From an uncultured Marixanthomonas sp. (GTDB lineage Bacteria > Bacteroidota > Bacteroidia > Flavobacteriales > Flavobacteriaceae): DNA of 46,169 nt. This document shows positions 29,937 to 40,915 of the stretch, piece by piece. The notes under the pieces were generated by a model. It ran no database searches. It was not told the DNA's origin and saw nothing but the letters and a program-made list of their open reading frames with translations. The position numbers and the translations under genes are program-made. Location of the stretch: positions 1 through 46,169 of the forward strand of contig NZ_CAXBCK010000030.1 of assembly GCF_963974425.1 (NCBI RefSeq). The letters run 5' to 3'. Positions within the stretch are counted from its first letter, which is position 1; each line of letters starts with the position of its first letter.

Positions 29937-31176
29937 GTATTTTTTTTGCACAGCGAGATACGTTTGTCCAAACTTAGAACTTCTACAATTCAAGATTGTT
30001 ACTGGTATATTATGAAATGTTTATTTGAGTGTTGTGCTTTCAGTTGCACAAAATTTTTGTAACATTCAACTTTTTTAGTAGTCTTTAAAGTGTAACTATC
30101 CCTTGTTAAATACGACCTTTGTTAAAATTAGAAACCCCGTTCGAGCCCATTTCCACTCCATTGCATTACAAGAAATGCGCTTCACTATATTGTCTTGGAC
30201 ACAATTCCAAAATTTTATTTCAACAATATTTGGAAAAATTAAAAGATTGTGATTAAAATTTTGAAATAGAGTCCGCTGAGCTTTACTTGTTTTTATAATT
30301 TGTGAATCAATTTACATAGGGAATAGTTTACTCATTAAAATCCAACACCCCGAATCACCATCACCTTCCCTCCACAAATAAATAAAATTTCAAACTAGCG
30401 GACTGCATAACCGGTCGCTCACTCCCTTTTATAAGCCCTTTCCTAATTTTAAATTTTTAAAAATGTATTTCGGAAAGGTAACGGCGAAGGCTCTATAGGA
30501 AGTAAATGGAGATAATTAATAAAAGACAATTTTTCTAGAAGATCTTGTTTTAAAGCTAATTTTAATCGTTTAATTTAAATTAATTGGGAAGGAAAACGCT
30601 CAGGATATAATAAGTGAATGATTTGTTTAAGTGGAGAAAGGATGCAATATTTTTTAAAATAAAAATCTCCGAGGGTTCGAATGTTTATATTAGGGTTCGA
30701 GAGCCAACTCTATAAATTTTTTTCAAGTCTTTTCATTACATTATAATTTTTTTGAGTGACATTCTATAGAATTTAATATACATATATAAATTTCTAAAAA
30801 TGCTTGCTTATCAAAGAGTTCGAGTTTCGCATATAAATCTTAATTTCTCGGATAGAATAACAAATTCTCATTGAGATATTGATGTTTACCTCCGTTTCCT
30901 GCTTTTATCTTTAATACGAGAAGATATTATCTTTCCTAAAGCTTCAAGCGAAACTAATTGGTTTTAAATTGTTATAATAATTTAAGCCTTTTTTTTGGTT
31001 GCCGATAAACAGCTTGATTACAGCGTTATTATTTGTAATATTTAGCTTTAATTAATATGGTTGTTACTATGTTAATGTCGATTGTTATTCAATCACAAGC
31101 ATTTTGATATGTAAAACTTTGTATTTTTATAAAAACATTACTTTTATTTACCAGCTATAAAGTTATTTTCAAATTT

Positions 31177-32832
31177 ATGAGTAAACTAAGATTATTCTTT
31201 TTTTCATTCACTATATTTTTTACAATGCCTTTGGCATATGCCCAAGAAATTAGTGTCAAATATTGTGATAGTATAATTGCTGAAGGGGTAAACTTAATGT
31301 TTGAGAAAGAGCATACCCAATCACTTGAACTATTAGTAAAAGCACAAGCCATGGCTCGTGATAATGATTGGTATAAACAAAGTTTTTTGGCTGTAAACAA
31401 TATAGGTGCTAATTATTATTCCATGCTAGACTATGGAGAAGCACTGGATAATTATTTGAAGGCTTATACTATTGCTATTAAAGAACTTGACGATAAGTAT
31501 GAGATGATTGTGCTTAACAATATTGCTATTTTATATTCAAAAGAAAATGATTTTGAAAAAGCGGAATCATATTTTAAAAAAGCATATTCTATAGCAGTTC
31601 GTAATAAGGATGAGATGAAAGAAGGGTTTTATGCAGTTAATTTGGGGTTGGTGGCTAATAAAACAGGAGAACTAAAACAAGCCAAAGCTTATTTTGATGA
31701 AGCCATACCATTGCTGAAAGATATACCCGAAATTAAATATCAGGCCTATGTAGGTAGAGCGGAAAATTTAATTTTATTTGGAAACTATACTCAAGCCAAA
31801 GATATACTAGAGCCACTATTGCCAAAATTAAATGCAGAGAGTAACCAAGAAGTGAGAACAGACGTTTTATTGTTGTTATCTGAAATTGCTTTAAAACAAG
31901 GGAATAGTAACTTAGCTATTGATCGTGCCAGTACAGTTATATCGCAAACAAAAAGTATAGAAGATCGTCTGGAAGCTTTTCAATTATTATCAAAAATATA
32001 TTCTGAAAATGGGCAACTACAACAAGCACTTATTGCAAAAGATTCAGCTTTGCAAGCAACAGCCGATTGGAATGACATAAAAAATGGACGTCTTTTTGAA
32101 ACGAACCGCGTAAAGTTTGAAATACAGAACTACCGTAGCAAATTACAAGAAAACCAACAAAATCTTCAGTCTGAAAGAAACATGTTCTATACTATCTTAG
32201 CAGCAGCAGTCATTATAATTATACTGATTACGTGGTCGTTACGCAATAGTTATATAAAAGGAAAGCAGCGAAAGATTATCCATACCAGAAGTGAAGAAGT
32301 AATGACATTAGAGTTGGAAAAAGAAAAAAGCGACAACCTATTGCTTGAAAAAAAACTTAAAGAAGAAGAAACCAGGGCATTATTAGAGGAAGAACGACTT
32401 AAAAACGAATTAGAGTCCCGCAATAGAAAATTGTCTGCCAAGGCACTGCATTTATTAGAACGAAATGAATTGCTTACTTCCATTGTTAAAGATTTAGAAG
32501 AATCTCAAGGTTCGCAGCAAGAAACCAACTTAAAAGCCTACATCCGTAAATTAAAAGGCTTAGTGAATTCTGATGATGAATGGGAAGATTTCATCAAACA
32601 TTTTGAAGAGGTAAATCAGGGGTTTTTAAGTGATGTAAAAGAAAAACATCCTGAATTAAATGCAAATGATATTCGGTTTATATCCTATGTTTATATGAAT
32701 TTGACAAATAAGGAAATAGCATCCATATTGAATATCACTTCCGAAGCTTGTAGAAAGCGAAAAGAACGTATATCAAAAAAAATGGATTTAGAAGAAAGCT
32801 CTCAATTATACGCTTATCTATCAATTATTTAA
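31177..32832 (+). CDS. TPR-repeat / single-TM / C-terminal LuxR-type HTH one-component regulator (paralogous architecture to 1762-3240)
   Basis: 551 aa. Signal-like N-terminus and TPR-like repeats. TM helix 'FYTILAAAVIIIILITWSL'. A coiled coil. C-terminal 'MNLTNKEIASILNITSEACRKRKERISKKM' LuxR HTH. Confidence 0.8.
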   Translation: MSKLRLFFFSFTIFFTMPLAYAQEISVKYCDSIIAEGVNLMFEKEHTQSLELLVKAQAMARDNDWYKQSFLAVNNIGANYYSMLDYGEALDNYLKAYTIAIKELDDKYEMIVLNNIAILYSKENDFEKAESYFKKAYSIAVRNKDEMKEGFYAVNLGLVANKTGELKQAKAYFDEAIPLLKDIPEIKYQAYVGRAENLILFGNYTQAKDILEPLLPKLNAESNQEVRTDVLLLLSEIALKQGNSNLAIDRASTVISQTKSIEDRLEAFQLLSKIYSENGQLQQALIAKDSALQATADWNDIKNGRLFETNRVKFEIQNYRSKLQENQQNLQSERNMFYTILAAAVIIIILITWSLRNSYIKGKQRKIIHTRSEEVMTLELEKEKSDNLLLEKKLKEEETRALLEEERLKNELESRNRKLSAKALHLLERNELLTSIVKDLEESQGSQQETNLKAYIRKLKGLVNSDDEWEDFIKHFEEVNQGFLSDVKEKHPELNANDIRFISYVYMNLTNKEIASILNITSEACRKRKERISKKMDLEESSQLYAYLSII

Positions 32833-32940
32833 GAGGTTCATCACACTTTTGCCAAAACATGTCACACTTTTTAGGTCTAGTTTTTTGTTCATTTTAGGTG
32901 TTTTTAGAACATTTGAATTGACAAAAAACAAACAACAGAT

Positions 32941-35247
32941 ATGAAAAAATTACTATTTTATGTAACAGTGGTATTTACACTAGTTACAGGCAGTGTGTCT
33001 GCACAATCTCAAATTACTTTAGAAGGTGCTGAAGATTATGGAAGAATTTATGATATTACGTTTCATCCTACAATAGAAAATAAACTCTATGCGCTTACAC
33101 AAGGGAGTCATCTTATTGAGTCAATTGATAAAGGGGAGAACTGGGACATTATATATAGCTTCCCTGAAAATGGAGTACAGCTTGAACATTTAAGGATACT
33201 TTCTAATAATACGTTAACCTTTATAGCGCAATCCACAGAAGCAATTACTGATAATGCTCTTTATTTTTTTAATACAGACACTAAAGAAATAGCGAGGCAA
33301 TATACACCGCCAATCACTTCTGGTTCTGTAAAGGCTTGGATAGACTCTTATTCCGTGTACGAAGATAACTCAGATATAGCCATAATACATCAGGGGTATA
33401 AAATAGGTATCACTAGCTTTGCTAAAGTATACTATACTGCCGATGGCGGTGATACATGGGAAATGCTATATTATAATGAAGATTATGATGGTGTTTTCCC
33501 TAACAATGTAGCCATTAGCCCAGATAATCCTGAGAAATTATTTATTGCTCGGGGTAATGGTAGAAATACTAGTGGAGGGGGATTGTTTTATTCAGAAGAT
33601 GCAGGAATAACCTGGGAAGAAAAAATTCCTGGCAATGCCTATGGCCCGATAACTTTTAACCCTCAAGACGCTAATACTATTTTAATAGGAACCGACATAG
33701 GATATATTTCTGGACACGAGGAAAACCTATACCGCTCAACAGATGGCGGTGCTACGTGGGATATAATTCCTATTACTTGGGAAGATGTAACACTTGATAA
33801 TATAGTTAGTATTACGTACGATCCCCAAAACCCGGAGACGAGTATAGTATTAGAAGAAAACGAAATTGTTGTCACTCACGATAGTTGGAATACTTGGGAA
33901 AACTATATCCATTCAGTAGATAACCCTAATGGGTATTATTATGGCTTGCATGCTTCCTATAACCCTTTTCAAACAGATGAATTATTTATAAATGCAAACT
34001 ATCATCCGTTATTGTCTCAAGATGGCGGTGAAACTTTTACCCAGCTTTATAATCCGTTCTATCCAGTTACTTCGGCATTGTTGCAAGAAGGAACAGGTAG
34101 TCACTTGTATTATGGTGTACAGCGAGGCTTAATTCATAGAAATATGGAAACCGGAGCAGAAGAGCCGTATGGCCTACTGCCATTGGATTATATTTTCTCT
34201 GGGGATGCACCTACCTATATTGCAGATAAAGTAACAATGGGGCGGGTTTATAAGTATGAAAGTGGTTTTACAGGATCCTCTTTAAATATAAGTGATGATT
34301 ATGGAGAAAACTATTCTTTTTTATATGGTAATTTTAATGACAAAATAATAAACTTAACTACTGACCCTAATAATTCAAATGTTATATGGGCCTGCTTTTT
34401 AAATGAAGGCGGTAAAATTATTGATTTCAGTGATATCAATAATCCAGTTATTACTTCAGTAATATTACCAGAATCAGATATACTAACAGATGTATACATT
34501 GAAGAGGACAATTCAAGTATAGTTTACATAACTGTAGGGGCGCATGTATATCGTTCAGAAGACGGCGGCGATACTTGGGAAGAAAAAAGTAACGGATTAA
34601 ACATTAACCCATCCACAGATATTATTTTTGATATTGAAAAAAGTCCGTTTAATCCAGAAGAGCTTACTGTTACAGCAAGCAATGGTATTTACAAAACTAC
34701 CGACAATGCAGAAAATTGGGAGCAAACGTACCAAGCGGATAACGTTCGGAAGGTAAATTACTCGTCTGTTGATGAAGACCATGCCGTAGCTTCTATTTAT
34801 TCTCATGAATTGGGAGATGCACAACTTTTATATACTACAGATGGAGGGGAAGTATGGCAAGAAGTACCTTTTGAAGCTATAGCCCACGTAGGGTCAGGAA
34901 GTATGACCTATCAATTTCAAGAAGAGAATGTAGATGCTTACTTAGCAACCTACGATTTGGGATTAATTAAATACACTATTGATCTAACAGAATTAGGCAC
35001 AACTGGTTTTGAAGAAAATACGAATCCTTTTGTAGTGTATCCTAACCCTGTAAATTCTATTATTAACATTCAAGAAAACGGAGGTGATGTCGTTTCAGTA
35101 GCAATATTCAATAGCTTAGGGCAGCAGGTAAAAAAGGCTTCTACGGTTAAACAGATTAATATATCGCAGTTGGAAACTGGAGTTTATTTTGTGAAAATAA
35201 AAGATGCAAAAGGAAATTACTTTATAAAGCGAGTTATAAAAGAGTAA
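32941..35247 (+). CDS. Secreted BNR/Asp-box repeat beta-propeller protein (sortilin/Vps10- or glycosidase-like) with T9SS C-terminal domain
   Basis: 768 aa. Signal peptide. At least six Asp-boxes: 'TADGGDTWE', 'SEDAGITWEE', 'STDGGATWD', 'SQDGGETF', 'SEDGGDTWEE', 'TTDGGEVWQE'. C-terminal 'VVYPNPVNSIINIQ...GVYFVKIKDAKGNYFIKRVIKE'. Confidence 0.85.
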   Translation: MKKLLFYVTVVFTLVTGSVSAQSQITLEGAEDYGRIYDITFHPTIENKLYALTQGSHLIESIDKGENWDIIYSFPENGVQLEHLRILSNNTLTFIAQSTEAITDNALYFFNTDTKEIARQYTPPITSGSVKAWIDSYSVYEDNSDIAIIHQGYKIGITSFAKVYYTADGGDTWEMLYYNEDYDGVFPNNVAISPDNPEKLFIARGNGRNTSGGGLFYSEDAGITWEEKIPGNAYGPITFNPQDANTILIGTDIGYISGHEENLYRSTDGGATWDIIPITWEDVTLDNIVSITYDPQNPETSIVLEENEIVVTHDSWNTWENYIHSVDNPNGYYYGLHASYNPFQTDELFINANYHPLLSQDGGETFTQLYNPFYPVTSALLQEGTGSHLYYGVQRGLIHRNMETGAEEPYGLLPLDYIFSGDAPTYIADKVTMGRVYKYESGFTGSSLNISDDYGENYSFLYGNFNDKIINLTTDPNNSNVIWACFLNEGGKIIDFSDINNPVITSVILPESDILTDVYIEEDNSSIVYITVGAHVYRSEDGGDTWEEKSNGLNINPSTDIIFDIEKSPFNPEELTVTASNGIYKTTDNAENWEQTYQADNVRKVNYSSVDEDHAVASIYSHELGDAQLLYTTDGGEVWQEVPFEAIAHVGSGSMTYQFQEENVDAYLATYDLGLIKYTIDLTELGTTGFEENTNPFVVYPNPVNSIINIQENGGDVVSVAIFNSLGQQVKKASTVKQINISQLETGVYFVKIKDAKGNYFIKRVIKE

Positions 35248-35291
35248 GCAAGTTAATGATTAGGTTAGTTAATAGTAGGGGAGGTCTCTAT

Positions 35292-35327
35292 GCTTATAGT
35301 TGTATATAAGCTGGAGGCTTTTTTTTG
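35292..35327 (+). terminator. Candidate terminator after the BNR gene
   Basis: Hairpin 'gcttata'-gttgta-'tataagc', then 'tggaggc' and a T9 run. Confidence 0.45.
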
Positions 35328-35349
35328 TAAGAAAATTATTGTAAGCCTA

Positions 35350-35865
35350 TTATAAAGTATTAACAAAAGCATCTAGTTGACCTTCGTTATATAATACTGG
35401 GCCATGGCCAAAGCATAAGATATTCGGTTTCAAGTCGGCTAATTTCATAACCGACCTATTATTTTCAGCAGTATATTTGGTAAACATTTTTGGTGGTTTT
35501 TTGAGACCGACCTTTGTGGTTATTAAATTCATGTTGATTAACAAATCGCCAACTAGTAAAAGACGGTTTTCTTGCCATATTTTTACTTTATTACCTGTTG
35601 TGAACGACAAAAAATCGGTTGTAAAACTATTAGGTTGATAAAAATTATCGATGGTCTTCTTTCCATTAAATGCTACGTATTCTCGTATATAAACATCAAA
35701 AACAAATTTTACATCCCTTTCTACATCATCTGGCTATAGAATGAACAACCCTTTTTCATATAGAGTCAAAACTTTCGATCAATTCGGTTAGTCCTTCTTC
35801 GCTAAGTACCGTATCTGCTTTTATCATTTGTATTAATAATTTGAAGGGTTTCATTAAATATTTTT
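35350..35865 (-). pseudogene. Disrupted fragment of an MBL-fold (metallo-beta-lactamase-like) hydrolase gene - tentative
   Basis: Intact 86-aa C-terminal piece ending 'LKPNILCFGHGPVLYNEGQLDAFVNTL'. Upstream in the same orientation are a 32-aa ORF (MKPFKLLIQMIKADTVLSEEGLTELIESFDSI*) and frame-shifted continuations. No single ORF spans a full MBL domain. Confidence 0.3.
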
Positions 35866-36327
35866 GCACACCTACAAAGTTATGGTTTTCTGTAATTTTT
35901 AATTTGAGGGACTTTTGAATAAATTCAAAATGCTAAAATTTTAATAGTTAAAACCATTAGGCTGTCTGTTTATTATGTACATCAACTTATCTCGGTTTGT
36001 AAAAACTGGAATCAAATACAATGCAATGCGATGCAAAGCAATAGGTTAAGTTAATTGTCACAACTTTATTAGAGACATGTCACAAAATTTCACACGTTTA
36101 CTATTCAATAGAAATCTTCTTCTATTTAAATTTATCAACAGCTTTTATATTAAAAATGCCTGCTTTATAAAATATCTTACTTATACAGATTAGTCATGAT
36201 ATTTATGATTCAAAATAAGTTAGAAAAATTAAAAACTTTTGAAGAGACACTTTCTAAGCGCATAATCAAGGCCAATTAATTTGATAACCAAGAAAAAATA
36301 ATAACTAATAAAAATAAATATAGAATT

Positions 36328-37836
36328 ATGAAAACAACAACTATAACCAAAGCAATTTTCACAGCTGCTTGTTTAGTGGGTTCTGTAACAACCGCACTGG
36401 CACAATTTACACAAACAGGAAAAGTAGTAAGTCAAGACAGAGAAAGTCGTGCGGAATATGGCACTTCAGTTGATATTAAAGATAATTACGCTATAGTAGG
36501 AGCTTCAAGGGAAACCATTGCAGCGGGAGCGGCTTATATTTACAAAAAAGATAGTGAAGGTATTTGGGATGATGCTCAAAAACTAACAGCTTTCGATGCT
36601 CAAGACATGGCTGAATTTGGAGGGGCCTCTAAGTTTGGCGATGATTACTTAGTGGTAGCATCGGGTAGAGGAGATGTAGAAGGAACCGTTAGAGCCGGTG
36701 CATTATATGTATATAATTTTAATAATAGTAATGATACGTGGGATTTTGAAGTAAAATTACATGCTGCAGATTACAGCGGCGATGCAAAATTAGGGATGAA
36801 CCCTACTTCGTTAGATGTGGAAGAAAATACTATAATAGGTGGTGCTCCGGGAGAGAATGGATGGGTAGGTGCTGCTTATGTTTTTGAAAATGAGTCTGGA
36901 AACTGGACTGAAAAGCAAAAATTGGTTAGCCCCAATACACCTGCAAGTGAAACATTTGGCATAGGGGTTTCTATATCTGGTGATGTAATAGCCATAGGAG
37001 CAAATGAAACAGCCAATCGAAAAGGTTCGGTCTATATATTCCAAAAAAACTCTGAAGGCGTTTGGGAGTATCAACAACAGTTAATGGCGTCAGACGCTAC
37101 AAACGATTCATTTTTCGGAAGTTCAGTTAGCCTATATGAAAATCAATTGGTTGTAGGTGCTTATGGAGCCAATGGAGAGGAAGGAGCAGCGTATATATAT
37201 GAAGAAGATAGTTCTGGTGAATGGCAGGAAGTACAAAAATTAGTAGGTACACCGGCATCTGAAAGTGCACAATTTGGTTGGAGTACCGAAATTAAAGAAA
37301 AGCATTTAGTAGTTAGTGCGCCTCACGCCTATGGTTTTGATCCAGGCGAGCTATATTTCTATAAAAAAGATGTTAATGGAGAATGGATAGAAGAGGAAAC
37401 AATCCAAGGAACTGATACTGCAGGAGAAGATTTTTTTGGTTGGAGTGTAGCTTTATTCAATGATCAAATAATTACCGGTGCACCTTGGGAAGATCATGAT
37501 ACCACAGGTGGTAATGAAATAGATCGAGCGGGCTCCGTCTATATTTTCAGGGATGAATTGTTGTTAGGTAACGAATTTAACGAGAATCAATTAGAAAATA
37601 AAATTGCAGTATATCCTGTTCCGGCTGTTGATGAAATAACCATTCAAAGTAAGGGAAATTCAATTAGTAAGATAGTTTTGATAAATCAATTAGGGATGAT
37701 AGTAAAACAACAAAACGTTCTAGCGAAAAAAGAAAGCACGCTTACTATTTCAGATATTTCTGAGGGGGTTTATTTTCTCAATATTATTGATACCGAAGGA
37801 AAAGTAACTACAAAAAAAATAGAGAAGAGCAAGTAA
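36328..37836 (+). CDS. Secreted FG-GAP/integrin-alpha-like beta-propeller repeat protein with T9SS C-terminal domain
   Basis: 502 aa. Signal peptide 'MKTTTITKAIFTAACLVGSVTTALAQ'. About seven repeats of 'FG.SV.I.G...(V/I)GA......G..GAAY(I/V)(Y/F)' type. C-terminal 'IAVYPVPAVDEITIQSKG...GVYFLNIIDTEGKVTTKKIEKSK'. Confidence 0.8.
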   Translation: MKTTTITKAIFTAACLVGSVTTALAQFTQTGKVVSQDRESRAEYGTSVDIKDNYAIVGASRETIAAGAAYIYKKDSEGIWDDAQKLTAFDAQDMAEFGGASKFGDDYLVVASGRGDVEGTVRAGALYVYNFNNSNDTWDFEVKLHAADYSGDAKLGMNPTSLDVEENTIIGGAPGENGWVGAAYVFENESGNWTEKQKLVSPNTPASETFGIGVSISGDVIAIGANETANRKGSVYIFQKNSEGVWEYQQQLMASDATNDSFFGSSVSLYENQLVVGAYGANGEEGAAYIYEEDSSGEWQEVQKLVGTPASESAQFGWSTEIKEKHLVVSAPHAYGFDPGELYFYKKDVNGEWIEEETIQGTDTAGEDFFGWSVALFNDQIITGAPWEDHDTTGGNEIDRAGSVYIFRDELLLGNEFNENQLENKIAVYPVPAVDEITIQSKGNSISKIVLINQLGMIVKQQNVLAKKESTLTISDISEGVYFLNIIDTEGKVTTKKIEKSK

Positions 37837-37866
37837 AGCTTAATTTTAGTTAACAGTTAATGCTAC

Positions 37867-37905
37867 AAGGGGCTGTCTTTAATTTAGACGGCCTTTTGTT
37901 TTATG
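37867..37905 (+). terminator. Rho-independent terminator after the FG-GAP gene
   Basis: 'aaggggctgtc'-tttaattta-'gacggcctttt' (stem with G-U pairs) followed by 'gttttatg'. Confidence 0.55.
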
Positions 37906-38360
37906 TTAATAGAATAAATTGAACCTTCTTTTTATCATAATTAAATACTATCGGTTTTTTGAGAAACTACACCTTGCCTTTGAGTAAATAATATTTCTTA
38001 TAACAATTGACAATAAATATTTTAAATAACTAATAGTCAATTACCTAAAGCTTCATTATAGGGTCTTGAAGCAATCTGTGCTGAGCCTTCCAAAATAAGC
38101 TATTTTGTTGACACTACTGATTTCTAATATCAATAGCCTATAAACCATCATCTATTTAAAACTTAAGAAAACTGCATATAGCGTACCGTTTAATCTCCCT
38201 GAAAATAGGGATAAATATCTTTTACTATTACAAGATATTTGTATTGATGTTAAAAGGTTGTTGTTAAGTAGTAATACGATTATAGTATATGTCTGCCCCT
38301 TTTTTAAAGAGGAGCTTTATACAGGGTCTCTTAATATCATTAATATTAATAAATAATATA

Positions 38361-40874
38361 ATGAAAATTCAATTCACAATATTTTTACTGTTTTTCACCT
38401 ATTGTAGCGTTTCTAAAGCACAAAACGATACCCTTTGGTTTAATCGTGATTGGAAGGAAACCAATAAAGAAAAGGCTTCTTTTTATAGACTACCCGTAAA
38501 AAAAGTAGGAAAACTTTATAGTATTAAAGATTATTATATTGATGGAACGAAGCAAATGACGGGGTTTTCCAAATACAAGGACTCTGTTCATTTAGAAGGA
38601 AAGGCTGTTTGGTATAATAAAAAAGGAGAGGTAAAAGAATCATTCAACTATAGAGATAACAAACTAAATGGGGTAGGTGTTTTTTATAGATCTGAAGGAA
38701 CAAGGAGAACACCTTATGAAATTACATATAAAAATGACAGGATGTTGTCTAAAACCTACTTTGATACCGATAGAAAAGGAATCCGTTTTAAAAGAATTTA
38801 TGAAGAAACGGGAACTCATATAAAAACGTTGTTTTATGGTAATAATGGAGAGTTAATAGGTACTTATTTCTATTCAGAAAAAGGAGATGCTAAGGGCATA
38901 ATGGTTGACTACTATTCAGATCCTATGCGGGTAGAAAATATAAATGTAATTCAAAATGGCCAAGAGTTTCAAGTTAAATCCTTTTACCCAAATGGGAATA
39001 AACGTAGTGTATTTGATACAATTCAATTAAAAAAAACATATTATAACCTAAAAGGTAAAACCATAGGTGCCATCCAATATGTTGGTAAACTAAGCGAGCT
39101 CTACTATGATAAAGGAAACCTAATTGAATTTTATCATGATGGGCAAACTGTAAAAAAGATAGAAACCTATGAGAATGGCCATAAAACAAACCAAAAAGAG
39201 TTTAACACCTTCGGAATTTTAATACGGGAAGACTATTTTGATGATAATGAACGAATTAAAACGGTAACCTTTACTGATGAAGGTAAGAAAATTGGTGTGC
39301 TTGAAAATAAGAACGATCAATTAAATGGTACTATAAAAATGAGGAGTAACAATATTATTACCTATAAAGATAATGTCGTTACAACCGCAACAATATACCA
39401 CCCCAATACAGGTTTATTGTTCGCAACTTTAAAAAATGCTGTAATCACTTTTTATAATCCTTCAGGAACAAAACTAGGAACATTAAAGGTGAAATTAGAG
39501 CCAGGACGATACTACCAACATGCATTAGAAAACGGCTACTCCCCTATACCTATTGAGGGAACCCTCTATAGCGTGGATTATAACCAAAGGATTTCTGCAG
39601 TGACAGAATATAGGAGTGGAAAAATAATTAAAAAAACAACCTATGACTACGAAGAAACATACGGGAAAAGAAAAGAGGAACGATTTCAAGAAACAAAAAT
39701 ATATGATGAAGAAGAAAAACTTATAAAGGAAATAAAATACTTCAGTAATGGAAATAAACGCACGGAATTCTACTATGATCAAAATGTTGATAATTCCTTG
39801 CAAAAAGGTCTTTTTTATAATAAAAAAGGCGAAAAACTAGCTGAATATGATTATAAAACCAAAACAGGAACCAAGTATAAATACTTCTATCGTTCAGACC
39901 GTATAAAAGCCATTGTTGAAAAAGAATATGGGGAATTTATAAAACAAAAAACCTATCAAAAAGTATATACAAAAAATGCTCGTTCGCACAATATAATATT
40001 AAGGGAAGACATAGATTTCAATGGTGAAGCCAAATTTTACTCTAAAGAGGGAAAACTAATTGCCGAAGCCACTTTTGAAGACGGCGAACCCACCGGGACT
40101 ATTTATAACTTAAAAAAGAGACAGAAAATAGAAGTGCTAAAAGGAGTTAAAAATGGAGTGCGCATTGAATATGAAGACGATGAGAAAACTATTGAAAAAA
40201 AAGGGTTCTATAGAAACGGAAAAAAACATGGAACTTTTATTAATTATTTATACGGAAAAAAAACAAGTGAAATAAACTATAAAGACGACGTAAAAGAAGG
40301 ATATTCCATTTATTATGACAAAGAGGGCAACGAGCTTTCAAAGCTTCTATATAAAGAAGGAGAACCCTACGAAGGAACTAAAAAACCTATGTATGGAAGT
40401 GAGATGGAATATAAACAAGGAAGACTTGTAAAACAGATAAAAAAAAGAGAGAGTTATAGAGAGGTTTTGATATACCCTTCTGAAAATGAAATAAACACTA
40501 CTATTTATGATCTAAAAGAAAACAGGTTGTTGACCTATAGTGAAAAAGAAAATCAAATTCAAGGAAAACTTACTTACTATAAAAACAACGCCCCTTATAC
40601 AACCGCTATTTTTGAAGACGGAAAATTAATAAAAGGGACGGTATGGGTAAAAGTAAGCGGTCGTTATCGCTCTAGTGCTTATTCAAAATTGACTAAAAAC
40701 AACGCTACTATGGAGATAAAGCTGTATAACAAAGAAGATCAACTTATATTTGAAGGTACTATAAATACAATGCTATATAAAAATTATAAAGAAATGATCC
40801 TAAGCTATATAACAGGGGTTGAAGATTATGTTTATAGCCACCAGCTGTTCATTAAAGAGTATAAACAACAATAA
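38361..40874 (+). CDS. Secreted MORN-variant (YwqK-family 'antitoxin/immunity'-type) repeat protein, ~25 repeats
   Basis: Signal peptide 'MKIQFTIFLLFFTYCSVSKAQ'. The longest ORF starts at 38289, but the in-frame ATG at 38361 gives a proper signal peptide. Tandem ~23-aa repeats 'G....(Y/F)Y.NG.(K/L)...(Y/F)..G...G' (e.g. 'GKAVWYNKKGEVKESFNYRDNKLNGVGVFYRSEG'). Confidence 0.8.
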   Translation: MKIQFTIFLLFFTYCSVSKAQNDTLWFNRDWKETNKEKASFYRLPVKKVGKLYSIKDYYIDGTKQMTGFSKYKDSVHLEGKAVWYNKKGEVKESFNYRDNKLNGVGVFYRSEGTRRTPYEITYKNDRMLSKTYFDTDRKGIRFKRIYEETGTHIKTLFYGNNGELIGTYFYSEKGDAKGIMVDYYSDPMRVENINVIQNGQEFQVKSFYPNGNKRSVFDTIQLKKTYYNLKGKTIGAIQYVGKLSELYYDKGNLIEFYHDGQTVKKIETYENGHKTNQKEFNTFGILIREDYFDDNERIKTVTFTDEGKKIGVLENKNDQLNGTIKMRSNNIITYKDNVVTTATIYHPNTGLLFATLKNAVITFYNPSGTKLGTLKVKLEPGRYYQHALENGYSPIPIEGTLYSVDYNQRISAVTEYRSGKIIKKTTYDYEETYGKRKEERFQETKIYDEEEKLIKEIKYFSNGNKRTEFYYDQNVDNSLQKGLFYNKKGEKLAEYDYKTKTGTKYKYFYRSDRIKAIVEKEYGEFIKQKTYQKVYTKNARSHNIILREDIDFNGEAKFYSKEGKLIAEATFEDGEPTGTIYNLKKRQKIEVLKGVKNGVRIEYEDDEKTIEKKGFYRNGKKHGTFINYLYGKKTSEINYKDDVKEGYSIYYDKEGNELSKLLYKEGEPYEGTKKPMYGSEMEYKQGRLVKQIKKRESYREVLIYPSENEINTTIYDLKENRLLTYSEKENQIQGKLTYYKNNAPYTTAIFEDGKLIKGTVWVKVSGRYRSSAYSKLTKNNATMEIKLYNKEDQLIFEGTINTMLYKNYKEMILSYITGVEDYVYSHQLFIKEYKQQ

Positions 40875-40915
40875 TATAAATAGATATTAAACTTTTATAA
40901 CCCTGAAAAAAAAAT

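Noticed and set aside
30671-30710. 'GGGTTCGAAT' / 'GGGTTCGAG' tRNA T-loop-like motifs
   Set aside because: Flanking sequence does not provide 5-bp T-stems or an acceptor stem, so this is not a tRNA gene. Kept only as a possible remnant in the findings.
31155-31400. 81-aa minus-strand ORF overlapping the start of the second TPR-LuxR regulator
   Set aside because: Overlaps a well-supported gene carrying a signal peptide on the other strand. Cys/Ser-rich nonsense composition.
38289-38360. Longer N-terminal extension (MSAPFLKRSFIQGLLISLILINNI) of the YwqK/MORN-repeat gene
   Set aside because: The in-frame ATG at 38361 yields a canonical signal peptide (MKIQFTIFLLFFTYCSVSKAQ). The upstream extension lacks one and is AT-rich spacer-like, so the later start is preferred.
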